64,000 nt of DNA from Polyangiaceae bacterium (GCA_050287085.1 JBNKBE010000001.1:128001-192000), one strand, 5' to 3'; counted from the first letter of the stretch, positions 9,572 to 18,453 are shown. The notes: a model not told the origin generated them from the letters alone. Translations and numbers: made by a program.

Positions 9572-10921
9572 CTAGCGCGAGAGCGCATAGGCGGCGAGGA
9601 AGCCCAGCCCCAAGCCAAAAAGGAAATAGAGGAAGAGCTGCCATTGGGGCCGCGGATCCTCGATGAAAGGCGCCAGAATGCGAACCAATGCGGACTGCTC
9701 GCGATAGGCCTGCAGGCGCCCGGAATCGAGCGAATTCCGTTCTGGGGACGCTGGACCACGCACGCCGGTACGACTGCCCGCGCCCGGGAAAGAGCCTGTC
9801 TCGCGCAGCGGCGTAGTGGCTGCACCCAACACGGCCCCGCGCCCCTGCAGCGCCGTCGAGTCCGACGATACGCTCGAACGCCGTCCGGCCGCTGTAGCCT
9901 CCTCCGAGCCCCCTGCAGGCTGAAATCGCCCTCCCGCGGGTGGCGCCGGTCGCACCGTTTCGGCCAATGCATCCGCCGAAACCGGAAGCAGCGACACCGG
10001 CGCTTCGGCAGGCAGAGAGCCACTGCCTTCCCCAGGCAAACCCTGTCCATCGACCCGCGAAGCAGCGGACTCATCAGGTCTGGCCGCGAGATACTCGCCA
10101 CTTGATGAGGTCGGCGTCACCGCCGCGCGCAGCTCCGCGGCGCGATGGGCCGGAGGGGCGATCGAACGAGCCGCATCTAGCGCAGGCGCGATGCTCTTCT
10201 GGGGCGAGGCCTGCGCCCGGGTTGGCTTCGGAGGCATCAGGGGCCGCCCGGAAACGGCTGAACCAGCTCCCAGCCCCCGAGAAACCCCGGCGCGGCCGGC
10301 CACCGGCCGCCGCGCGAGAGCCGCCCCAAGCGCGGTCGGAGCCGGAGCCGGCTCCGCACTCCTGACAAGGGCGGCGGGTCGCTCATGAGCCTTGGTATCC
10401 CCAAGGAGGGGGTCACCCGCGGCAGGCCCCTCCTCCGGCACAGACCGAACGACCGCATCGGGCACGTCCGGTAGCGTCGCCGCTGCCACGCGGGGCGGCG
10501 CCGGTACCGTCGGAACGTCCGGTGCAGAGGGCGGAGGGGTGAGAGCGGCGTCGGCTGGCGCTTCCGAATGGCTGCGAAGGGGCTTCGGCGGTGGCGGCGT
10601 CCGCCCGGCCGCGTTTGGCGCGCGGCCACGACCTGCCCCAGCACGGCCCGCGGAGTCTCCTTCAGCCAACGCCTCGACCACGACCATGGGCTCCTCGTTG
10701 GGCGCTGGGCGCTGAGTGCTCTGCGGCTCTTCCGGTTCGGGCTCGGACGGTCGCTCCGGGACGGGGCGAATAGCACGCGAAGCACTCAGCACGGGAGTCC
10801 GCGATGCCGCCCCCTTCTCGGGCGCACCGGTCGCACTGCTCGCACTGGGGCCACCTCTAGGGGCTTGTCCGTCACCGGAGGACTCGGTCTCCAGTGGAGT
10901 GTCGTCGGATTCTGCTTCCAC
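9572..10921 (-). CDS. Low-complexity Pro/Ala/Ser-rich protein with C-terminal TM anchor
   Basis: 449-aa ORF, disordered composition, ends WQLFLYFLFGLGLGFLAAYALSR. Confidence 0.55.
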   Translation of the reverse strand: MEAESDDTPLETESSGDGQAPRGGPSASSATGAPEKGAASRTPVLSASRAIRPVPERPSEPEPEEPQSTQRPAPNEEPMVVVEALAEGDSAGRAGAGRGRAPNAAGRTPPPPKPLRSHSEAPADAALTPPPSAPDVPTVPAPPRVAAATLPDVPDAVVRSVPEEGPAAGDPLLGDTKAHERPAALVRSAEPAPAPTALGAALARRPVAGRAGVSRGLGAGSAVSGRPLMPPKPTRAQASPQKSIAPALDAARSIAPPAHRAAELRAAVTPTSSSGEYLAARPDESAASRVDGQGLPGEGSGSLPAEAPVSLLPVSADALAETVRPAPPAGGRFQPAGGSEEATAAGRRSSVSSDSTALQGRGAVLGAATTPLRETGSFPGAGSRTGVRGPASPERNSLDSGRLQAYREQSALVRILAPFIEDPRPQWQLFLYFLFGLGLGFLAAYALSR

Positions 10922-11239
10922 TAATGGGCTTCGGGGCTAAATAACCAGCGAGAGAAGAGCACTACCTGGAGTGATAGGCCGGCTTTGATGGAATCACTAT
11001 TCTGCACTAGTGTCTAGGCGAGGCTAAGAATTCAGGCCGTTCAAAGTGCGAAGACTCCCATGGGAGTGCACAGGATACCTGGACGGGCCGGCGTACATTG
11101 TCCCACCGTGGTGCAGCCGCACTCCGGAATCGATCCTATAGCAAGTTGAGAACGTCGCAGTGGTGCGGGTCGTGAAAGGTGCCCAGGTCCGCGCGCTCTA
11201 GGGCTTTCGGTGCACGTCTGTGGATGGTACGTCACGGAC

Positions 11240-11527
11240 ATGCAGCGGCACTACCTATTCGGCGTCTTGAAGGGGGTGGTCTTCTGTTATTGGGTCGCAG
11301 TACTGTGGTCGTTTGTCACAGTCGCCCCTGGGGCCTTCGCCAAGCTTCTCTCGATGACGGCTCCGGCTGTCGTTTCGCTGCACTTTCTCCAGGTGTTGAT
11401 CTTCGGGCGCGTGCTCCAAGCCCAAAAGAGCTATTGGCGCCACCTGCTGCTCACCCTGGCCTTTGGGGCATTTCATATCGGGCAGCTCCTGTTGATGCGC
11501 GCGCCCGCAAGCGCCAAACGCCCTTAG
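11240..11527 (+). CDS. Small membrane protein, DUF1145 (YhhL)-like
   Basis: 95 aa with 3 hydrophobic segments; K...W...H..Q...F...FG.F pattern. Confidence 0.6.
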   Translation: MQRHYLFGVLKGVVFCYWVAVLWSFVTVAPGAFAKLLSMTAPAVVSLHFLQVLIFGRVLQAQKSYWRHLLLTLAFGAFHIGQLLLMRAPASAKRP

Positions 11528-11657
11528 GGCCCCAAGGTGCGCGGACGCAACGGCTACGCTGCAGCCGGCAGTGACGTCGCATGCGCCAGACGCCAGCGGC
11601 CAGCCACCACGACGACGGTTGCGGAGTTGTTGCGCCACGTCTATAAGCGGCTTTTCG

Positions 11658-12662
11658 ATGTCGAATCAGAAGAAAGTTGCGCTTTCAGCTGTCCAGCCCA
11701 CCAACGCGATGACTCTGGGCAACTACGTCGGTGCCATGCGCCATTGGACACGACTCCAAGATCAATACGACAACATCTTCTTTGCCGTCGATCAGCACGC
11801 CATCACGCTGCGCCAGGACCCCAAGTCGCTCGGCGAGCAGAGCTACTTGATGATGGCCACCCTGCTCGCTGCGGGACTGGATCCGAAGGCAAGTCTGCTC
11901 TTTCTGCAGTCACACGTCCCGGAACACTCTCAGCTCGCGTGGGTTCTCGGCTGCAACGCCTACATGGGCGAACTGAGCCGGATGACCCAGTTCAAGGACA
12001 AAAGCGCCAAGGTGGGGGCCAACATTCCCGTTGGACTGTTTACCTATCCCATTCTGATGGCGGCCGACATCCTGCTCTACAGGGCCGATGTCATCCCGGT
12101 TGGACACGACCAGACCCAACACGTCGAATTGACGCGAGACATCGCCGTCCGGATGAACAACGCGTACGGAACGGATCTGTTCACCGTGCCTGAGCCGCTC
12201 ATTCCTAAGGTTGGAGCCCGCATCATGAGCCTCCAGAACCCAGACAAGAAGATGAGCAAGAGCGACCCGGACCCCAAGGCCACCATCTTCTTGACGGACT
12301 CGGACAAGACGATCGCTAAGAAAGTTAAGAGTGCCGTAACGGACTCGGGCAACGTAATCGAGTTCAGCGAAGAAAAACCGGGGATCAGAAATCTGATCAG
12401 CATCCAGAGCGCCCTCAGCGATCGGTCTCCCGAAGAAGTCGTTGCGGACTATCGGGGCAAACAATACGGCCATCTCAAGGTGGACACGGCTGAGCTGGTG
12501 GTCGGACACATCGCGCCGATCCGCAACGAGGCCGCACGCTTGCTAGCGGACCGACCCTACCTAGACAAGGTAATGAAAGAAGGTTCGGAGCGCGCCCGCC
12601 AACGCGCACAAGCGACGCTGAGACGCGTCTTCGATGCGGTCGGCTTCGTGTCCCCGACATGA
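11658..12662 (+). CDS. trpS: Tryptophan--tRNA ligase
   Basis: QPT..MTLGNY, VDQHAIT, QSHVPEH, YPILMAADIL, PVGHDQTQHVE, KMSKSD. Confidence 0.97.
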   Translation: MSNQKKVALSAVQPTNAMTLGNYVGAMRHWTRLQDQYDNIFFAVDQHAITLRQDPKSLGEQSYLMMATLLAAGLDPKASLLFLQSHVPEHSQLAWVLGCNAYMGELSRMTQFKDKSAKVGANIPVGLFTYPILMAADILLYRADVIPVGHDQTQHVELTRDIAVRMNNAYGTDLFTVPEPLIPKVGARIMSLQNPDKKMSKSDPDPKATIFLTDSDKTIAKKVKSAVTDSGNVIEFSEEKPGIRNLISIQSALSDRSPEEVVADYRGKQYGHLKVDTAELVVGHIAPIRNEAARLLADRPYLDKVMKEGSERARQRAQATLRRVFDAVGFVSPT

Positions 12663-14416
12663 AACTCGTGACCCCAGACGCATCGGAACTCGCGCTAGTC
12701 GCAACGCGTCCCGTGGGTCACGGCACCGAGAGCATGACACCAAGGCCGTCGCAACAGATCGATCTGCTCTTTGAAGAACCCGAGAACCGGATTGCACTGG
12801 CGACCGCGTTCGAATCCCTCTCCTTCGCGTTCGCTTCTGGCGACACTGACAACCTTTTCGAGCGGGTACTGGACTCGGCCCAAACGGCGCATGGAACCTT
12901 CGAAGCAGAGTCTTTCGCGCACGACTTATTCTTGCACTCGTTCATCGAGCGTTGCCTCCGCGTCTCGATTGGACGTGAGAGCTACAAGATTTCCACCGCC
13001 TACGTGCATACGATACTGAGCAGCCCCCCGGAGCTCTACGCGACGACGCAGTTTCGACAGCGCATCACAGAGGAGCTTCAGGACCCCCCAACGCTCGAAC
13101 AGTTCGAAGTTTGCTACCTTGCGATGCGTCGCGTGCGCGATCTGCTGAGCGCCGGCGGAGTGCAGCCACGTTACGAACGAACCCAGCGCCGCTTCGACAT
13201 CCTGACAGCGATTCGAGACCTGTTCCGCTGCCTCGAACGGTGCTTTGAGACGGCCGCAAGCGGCCTTGCGCAACTGCGCGAGTATGGACGACAGGTCTGC
13301 AGCAGCAATGCCTTTGCCCGGCTGGAACAGCTACTCGAGTACGAAGAGCGACTCGCCACGCTCGACATCCGCGTGCAGGTGGGACGCGACGGCCAGATCC
13401 GGAGCTTCGTTCTCCGACAGGTGAACGAAAACGTCGGCAACATCTACTATCAAGGCGCCTGGGCGCGGCTGACCACTCGCCTGCAACTGCTGTTTCGCGG
13501 CTTTCGTTTGGGACGAGAAGAACTTCTTGTTCGCCTCACCGATCACATCTTCGATAGCCTGCGCAGCCATCTCGTATCGGTGTTTCAGCTTATCGGCGAC
13601 ATGGAGTTCTACCTGGCAGGGGTGGGGCTTGCGAAACTCGCACGCCAACAGGGCTTGGCCGTATGTCTGCCGGAGTTTGGAAGACCGACGGTCCCAGGTT
13701 CGCACTACAAGGCGCTTTTCAACCCGTTCCTCGTGGCAGCCGGCAACGTGGTCACGTGTGCCGATATCTCCAGCTCAGCCGAACGCCCGCTCGTGGTGGT
13801 GACAGGCCCCAATTCCGGAGGTAAGACACGCCTGATGCAGGCGCTGGGTCTTAGCCAGCTCCTGGGACAAGGTGGCCTGTGGGTGCCCGCTCAAGAAGCT
13901 CACTTGCCGTGGTGCAGCGGCATGTTCGTTTCGCTGCTCAGCGAGCACAGCGCCGAACAGGCGGAAGGGCGACTGGGCATGGAACTGCTTCGGATCAGAA
14001 AGCTCTTCGAGCGCATCGCAACGGGAGATCTGGTGATCGTCGATGAACTCTGTTCCGGGACCAATCCTTCAGAAGGCGAAGAGATCTTCTGCTTGGTCGT
14101 CGAATTGCTCGCCAAGCTTCAGCCAAATCTTTGGCTAACAACCCACTTCTTGGCCCTGGCGGGCCGGCTGCAGACCTCTGCCTCCCCAGCTGAACTCGAT
14201 TTCCTACAGGTTGAACTCGATCCCCAGGGTCAGCCCACCTATCGCTTCGTAGCCGGAGTCGCCAAGACCTCCCTGGCGTCCCACACCGCGCAGCGCCTGG
14301 GAGTCACGGCAACGGAACTTAACCGCTTGGTCGCGGAAGCCAAAGCGCGAGGCGATCGACGACAGCCCATTGCGGCGCGCGCCCGGCGCCCGCTGGGAGC
14401 GCTGCACGACGCATGA
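12659..14416 (+). CDS. MutS-related ATPase (domain V, no mismatch-binding domain I)
   Basis: Walker A GPNSGGKT, Walker B IVDELCSGTN..EG, TTHF. Overlaps the trpS stop (ATGA); alternative start at 12734. Confidence 0.8.
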   Translation: MKLVTPDASELALVATRPVGHGTESMTPRPSQQIDLLFEEPENRIALATAFESLSFAFASGDTDNLFERVLDSAQTAHGTFEAESFAHDLFLHSFIERCLRVSIGRESYKISTAYVHTILSSPPELYATTQFRQRITEELQDPPTLEQFEVCYLAMRRVRDLLSAGGVQPRYERTQRRFDILTAIRDLFRCLERCFETAASGLAQLREYGRQVCSSNAFARLEQLLEYEERLATLDIRVQVGRDGQIRSFVLRQVNENVGNIYYQGAWARLTTRLQLLFRGFRLGREELLVRLTDHIFDSLRSHLVSVFQLIGDMEFYLAGVGLAKLARQQGLAVCLPEFGRPTVPGSHYKALFNPFLVAAGNVVTCADISSSAERPLVVVTGPNSGGKTRLMQALGLSQLLGQGGLWVPAQEAHLPWCSGMFVSLLSEHSAEQAEGRLGMELLRIRKLFERIATGDLVIVDELCSGTNPSEGEEIFCLVVELLAKLQPNLWLTTHFLALAGRLQTSASPAELDFLQVELDPQGQPTYRFVAGVAKTSLASHTAQRLGVTATELNRLVAEAKARGDRRQPIAARARRPLGALHDA

Positions 14417-14494
14417 TTGCAAGCAAGCTGTGCAAATATGCAAACCAGGCACTCCAACTCTATCGCAAGTAGCGATAATCACTTACGTGATCTC

Positions 14495-14510
14495 TGGCCC
14501 GGAGCTTGCA
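14495..14510 (+). promoter_or_regulatory. Putative sigma-54 (-24/-12) promoter
   Basis: TGGCCCG-GAGC-TTGCA matches TGGCACG-N4-TTGCW with one mismatch and exact GG-N10-GC spacing. AT-rich upstream DNA includes the inverted repeat TATCGC-aagta-GCGATA (14461-14477). Confidence 0.7.
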
Positions 14511-14520
14511 TATACCGCCC

Positions 14521-14624
14521 CCAACGGCAAGCCGCGTCGGCGGCCATCTCTCCCGTGCCAACTCAGCGCGGGTGGCGCATACCTCCCTCCCTCCCCCTTT
14601 TGCGTCGCCCGCGCTCCTAATTTG
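14521..14624 (+). ncRNA. Candidate sigma-54-dependent small RNA with C/U-rich loop
   Basis: Hairpin GCCGC-gtcg-GCGGC (14531-14544). A 15-bp stem (14565-14579/14601-14615) with two G.U pairs encloses UACCUCCCUCCCUCCCCCUUU. No credible plus-strand CDS follows the promoter. Ends are approximate. Confidence 0.5.
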
Positions 14625-14643
14625 TCCCCGGAAGCCACACCGT

Positions 14644-14708
14644 TGGTTCCGCCTGGTGGTTGAACCTGGTGGCTGAACCTAGTGGTTGAACCTAGTGGTT
14701 CCGCCTAG
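14644..14708. repeat. Five tandem 13-bp repeats
   Basis: tggttccgcctgg / tggttgaacctgg / tggctgaacctag / tggttgaacctag / tggttccgcctag. Confidence 0.9.
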
Positions 14709-14760
14709 AATTACGGGCTGCGGATGGGAACGACAGTCGTAAGCCGGTCGAGGCCGCCGC

Positions 14761-14850
14761 AAGTGGACGAGTGAGGAGCGAGCGCCGCAGGGCTACCGGA
14801 GTAGCTCGAGAAGCACAGCGACGAGCCCGCCACAGCAAGCGGAGCGGCTG
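14761..14850. repeat. Dispersed REP-like intergenic repeat, copy 1 (block A then block B)
   Basis: Block A (14761-14810) matches 19975-20024 at 44/50 positions. Block B (14811-14850) resembles 19925-19970. Internal GCTAC-cgga-GTAGC hairpin. Confidence 0.8.
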
Positions 14851-14906
14851 GCGTGGTGTGGCTCTCCCATCCCGCGGGCCCTGACCAACGCCGCCAACAT
14901 TGGCCG

Positions 14907-15224
14907 TCAGAAGGCCTCGAGGAGGGTGCGGCACTTCCAACATAGCTCAAAGTTGGACGGGTTGAGCTCATCGCACACAGGGCACCTGATCGAGTCAGCC
15001 AGCACCGCACGGGATGCTTGTTTGAACTCCTCAAGAACAGAGATCGCGTGCTTCCAGCGGATGGGTTCGGTGATGCAGACGATCGGACGTACCGTCAGGG
15101 GTAGTTCCCCAAGACACCCCTGAAGACTCGAGTTCTGCACGTAGGTGCGGATCCCTCGCTCCGCGAGCCTGTCGACGAGTAGCTGAGCCTCCTGTAAGCT
15201 CTCCGCTTCGTACAACGCGCGCAT
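14907..15224 (-). CDS. DUF2007 (putative signal transducing) protein with C-terminal zinc ribbon
   Basis: LYEAESLQEAQLLVDRLAERGI N-terminus; CPVCDELNPSNFELCWKC. Confidence 0.82.
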   Translation of the reverse strand: MRALYEAESLQEAQLLVDRLAERGIRTYVQNSSLQGCLGELPLTVRPIVCITEPIRWKHAISVLEEFKQASRAVLADSIRCPVCDELNPSNFELCWKCRTLLEAF

Positions 15225-15300
15225 GGCGCCACCATGCGCCATGCGCCATGAAAGTGCCAAGCCACGTGCCACCGGTCACAGCCGGATGAGCGGCCAAAAG

Positions 15301-15309
15301 TTATCCACA
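15301..15309 (+). promoter_or_regulatory. Perfect DnaA box
   Basis: TTATCCACA in an AT-rich intergenic patch. Two co-oriented 7/9 matches at 15412-15420 and 15428-15436. Confidence 0.5.
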
Positions 15310-15486
15310 GCTTGGTAACACTTCTACAATCGCTGACGGACCTCGGTAACTACTGTAAATAACAACAGTTTTCGTCAGTTCCCTCGACTTAGGGGACCGC
15401 CTGTCCTGGGTTACTCCACAGCCGCGCTAAGCCACAGGTACGGCGTTCACGTCACACGCAGCGCCGCCCGCGATCTGCCTTTGCGG

Positions 15487-16050
15487 TTACTCGCGACCAG
15501 GTTGTAACTCGGTCGCCACAGCATCAGACGGCTCTCCAGCGTTCCGATGCTGTGCGGCGAGCAGCACGTAGCGAGTTATCGCTTCACCAGCCCAGCGCTG
15601 CTCTTCCTCGCTGACCGCGCGCACGACTCGTGCTGGCGTCCCCCGAACGAGCTGCCCGGGGCCGATCCTTGCCCCGGCGGGCACGACGCTCCCCGCGGCA
15701 ATCCAAGCTCCGTCTCCAATCTGAGCGTTGTCCATCACCACTGCCCCCATCCCAACGAGCACGCGGTCTCCGAGTCGGGCGCCGTGAACGACGCTGTTGT
15801 GCGCAATGATACACTCCGCTCCGATCTCCGCGTTCGAACGCTGGTAGGTCATGTGGATGGTAGCATTGTCCTGAATATTGCTACGCGCCCCGATGCGAAT
15901 GCTCCCGACATCGCCGCGCAGAACGGCTCCGTACCATACGGACGTAGCGTCCCCCAGCACCACGTCGCCAACGACTACAGCCGTTTCGGCAAGAAAGGCA
16001 CCAGCCCCAAGACGCGGAACCTTGTCCCCAAACGCACGCACGATCGACAT
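15487..16050 (-). CDS. Gamma carbonic anhydrase family (YrdA-like) hexapeptide protein
   Basis: VVVGDVVLG..TSVWYGAVLRGD, IGARSNIQDNATIH, IAHNSVVHG. Confidence 0.92.
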   Translation of the reverse strand: MSIVRAFGDKVPRLGAGAFLAETAVVVGDVVLGDATSVWYGAVLRGDVGSIRIGARSNIQDNATIHMTYQRSNAEIGAECIIAHNSVVHGARLGDRVLVGMGAVVMDNAQIGDGAWIAAGSVVPAGARIGPGQLVRGTPARVVRAVSEEEQRWAGEAITRYVLLAAQHRNAGEPSDAVATELQPGRE

Positions 16051-16196
16051 CCGACGACTATAGCTGAACGAGCCCGTTTCCGAGTCACTTTTTGCTCGCT
16101 ATAGCGCCGCAGCCAAAGCTGCAAAGCGCGAAACGGCTCCGGCAACGCTTCTCCGCTGCGCAGTCGTGCACCGCGAGCACACATGAGAACACGACA

Positions 16197-16955
16197 TCAC
16201 GAGCCGGCAACAGTGAGCACCTCCGCTCCATCTGCAGTGACCAGCACGGTATGCTCGAACTGCGCCGATAGGCCCCCATCTGCGGTTACAACCGTCCAGC
16301 CATCGGCGCTGAGCCGCACGTCAGCACTCCCCTGATTGAGCATGGGTTCGATCGTAAAGGCCATGCCTTCGCGCAAGCGTGGACCGGTGCCCCCCCGCCC
16401 CACGTGGGAGACGTGAGGAGCCTCATGCATGTGTCGACCAATACCGTGCCCGCCGTACTCCCGAACCACCGAGAAGCCGTTGGCCACCGCCGACTCGACA
16501 ATGGCAGCACCGATGTCTCCAAGTCGCCTCCCCGGCGCCACACCCGCGATCGCTCGCCGCAGCGAGCTCTCGCAGGTGTCTACCAATCGCCTGGCGACAT
16601 CACTGCAACTGCCGAGCACGAAAGTACGCGAAGTGTCGCCATGAAAACCGTCGTACTCCGCCGTAACGTCGATGTTGACGATATCGCCTTCCGAAAGCAC
16701 GACGTCTGCGCTGGGCAAACCATGGCAGACGACGTGATTCGGACTGACGCACACAACCCCGGGAAAGCCGTGGTATCCAAGCTGACTGGGGCGCGCGCCG
16801 CGACGTTCAGTTTCCAGTGCAACCCATCGATTGATGTCGGCGCCGGAAACCCCGGGCACCAAGCGCTCACCCACGGCCGCCAGAATCTCGGCCGCAATGC
16901 GTCCAGCAGTCCGAAGGCGCTGTTGGTCCCGACCTCGGTAGATGACAATTGCCAT
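16197..16955 (-). CDS. map: Type I methionine aminopeptidase
   Basis: GFP..VCVSPN..VCHG, DIVNIDVT, GFHGDTSRT, GHGIG..MHE, FTIEPM, SAQFEHT. Confidence 0.96.
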   Translation of the reverse strand: MAIVIYRGRDQQRLRTAGRIAAEILAAVGERLVPGVSGADINRWVALETERRGARPSQLGYHGFPGVVCVSPNHVVCHGLPSADVVLSEGDIVNIDVTAEYDGFHGDTSRTFVLGSCSDVARRLVDTCESSLRRAIAGVAPGRRLGDIGAAIVESAVANGFSVVREYGGHGIGRHMHEAPHVSHVGRGGTGPRLREGMAFTIEPMLNQGSADVRLSADGWTVVTADGGLSAQFEHTVLVTADGAEVLTVAGS

Positions 16956-17107
16956 GCAGAAGCTTTGGCATCCACGCAGGGACCTTGGCTAATACCGTTT
17001 GGGTATCGCCCCCGGGGGGTCGCTCGAGGCACCAACGCAGCCGGGCCCGCCTGGCGAAGTCGGCCGTGGGCGAAGCAAAGACGCCGCAGAGATGCTAGCC
17101 TGGGAGC

Positions 17108-17464
17108 ATGAGCTTCGATCAGCTTCGCTACTTTGTTGCCGTGGCCGAGAGCGGGACCACGCGGGCCGCCGCTCAAAGCCTGCACGTGTCTCAGCCCCCT
17201 TTGAGTCGGCAAATCCGCGCACTCGAGAGCGAACTGGAGGTCTCCCTATTTGAGCGCACAGCCCGCGGGATGACACTCTTGCCCGCGGGGCAACTCCTGC
17301 TGAAGCAGGCTACTCATATTCTGGCCGCCGTCGAAGAAACCAAGCGCTTGCTGGGGGCTACCGGACCCCGCCTCGCCACAAGCAGCGCCCTCAGTCTGAG
17401 AGACGGACCCGAGTGCAGCGCTCCGGCGAGACCTGTCCGACAAAAGCCGTCGCACCTCGCCTAG
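17108..17464 (+). CDS. LysR-type HTH protein lacking the effector-binding domain
   Basis: QLRYFVAVAE.G..RAAA..LHVSQPPLSRQI..LE.EL..LFER..RG..L..AG; stops at 118 aa; divergent from map. Confidence 0.85.
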   Translation: MSFDQLRYFVAVAESGTTRAAAQSLHVSQPPLSRQIRALESELEVSLFERTARGMTLLPAGQLLLKQATHILAAVEETKRLLGATGPRLATSSALSLRDGPECSAPARPVRQKPSHLA

Positions 17465-18284
17465 CCTGGGCCACCTCGTCCCGATCGGCGGGCGCTCCCG
17501 GAACGAGCCTCGTGCCCCGGGTTCCCGAGCGCATCAGCAGGCCGTCACAGGCGACGCCGCAGTTCTGGTGTTGTAGGCCCAAGGCGTGCCCGAGTTCGTG
17601 GGCCGCCGTCCGCGCCGCGGCAATATTGGCCGCCGGCTCCGCCCAGCGCAGATCTGGCTCGTCCAGGCTGTAGATGGCGTGATCGCCAACATACACGCCG
17701 TTAGCATCCACTTCCGCCAGGAGCGGGCGCTCAGCTTTGAACCAGAGGTCGAGTCCCTGAGATGACGGTTCATCCCCAAACGTCACTTCGATGGAGAAGC
17801 AGATCCCGGCTTGGCGCCCCCACAATTCCCCAATCTCTTGAAAGGTGTCGCAGAGCGTCGCCGGGTCGAGGGCGCTATGGCCGACGTGGACCCGCAGCGG
17901 GACCGCGAGCAGACTATGTTCATCCGAGCCCGTCAACGCGAGTTCACAGAACAAGGATTGAGTCGTCTGCACAGCTCCAGCTCCCTGCGTGGCTTCGTCC
18001 CCCGAGTCCGCGAGCTTCGAACCGGCGGTCGACGCGTCGCTTTCGGCGCGGCTGGCTCGCATGGCGCTCGGCGCCGTGAACCTTGGCTCCTGCCCGCAAC
18101 CGCTCAGCACTGCGCCGAGCCCCACTGCGCCGAGCCCCACTGCGCCGAGCCCCACTGCGCACCACGGACGCCCCGCGGCGCGGCCGAAGGCAAACGCCCC
18201 GCCTCGGCGCACACCGGGTTGCGGCCGCGCCGCCCCGTTCGGCACATCGGAGCTGCAGAGAGTGTGAGCACGGCGTGTGGCCAT
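17391..18284 (-). CDS. Metzincin (matrixin-like) zinc metalloprotease lipoprotein
   Basis: HELGHALGLQH plus downstream Met-turn (LLM); lipobox LSGC. Start uncertain. Confidence 0.75.
   Translation of the reverse strand: MATRRAHTLCSSDVPNGAARPQPGVRRGGAFAFGRAAGRPWCAVGLGAVGLGAVGLGAVLSGCGQEPRFTAPSAMRASRAESDASTAGSKLADSGDEATQGAGAVQTTQSLFCELALTGSDEHSLLAVPLRVHVGHSALDPATLCDTFQEIGELWGRQAGICFSIEVTFGDEPSSQGLDLWFKAERPLLAEVDANGVYVGDHAIYSLDEPDLRWAEPAANIAAARTAAHELGHALGLQHQNCGVACDGLLMRSGTRGTRLVPGAPADRDEVAQARRGATAFVGQVSPERCTRVRLSD
18108..18160. repeat. 15-bp tandem repeat (3.5 copies) encoding (AVGLG)n in a signal peptide
   Basis: cactgcgccgagccc x3 perfect copies plus a partial copy. Confidence 0.92.
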
Positions 18285-18453
18285 GGCGGAAGCGTAGCGT
18301 CGAACGCGGGGGATCGCGACCTCTGTACCGCTGGCCGATTGTCAGAGAGTTGTAGCGAAGTGTGTGCAGCTGTCTGGACTCCATGGTGCCAGGCGACACG
18401 AGAAATGAGACAGGTATGACAACTTGTAGAAAGGGTCGTGATAGCAACGGCCC

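Noticed and set aside
14563..14612. Minus-strand reading of the C-rich loop as an RBS plus 5-codon ORF (MRHPR) or a G-quadruplex
   Set aside because: Cannot be excluded, but the G.U pairs and promoter orientation favour a plus-strand RNA.
14417..14620. 67-aa plus-strand ORF (and overlapping 14370-14663 ORF) as real genes
   Set aside because: TTG starts, no recognisable motif, and they run across the promoter-like element and hairpin, which explain the sequence better.
14644..14708. CRISPR array or oriC 13-mer unwinding element
   Set aside because: Units are 13 bp with no spacers and no cas genes are present. They are not AT-rich and lie about 600 bp from the DnaA box, with a gene in between.
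15256..15271. Second sigma-54 promoter (TGGCACG-TGGC-TTGGC) for the DUF2007 gene
   Set aside because: The -12 position reads GG rather than GC at the required spacing, so it is too weak to call.
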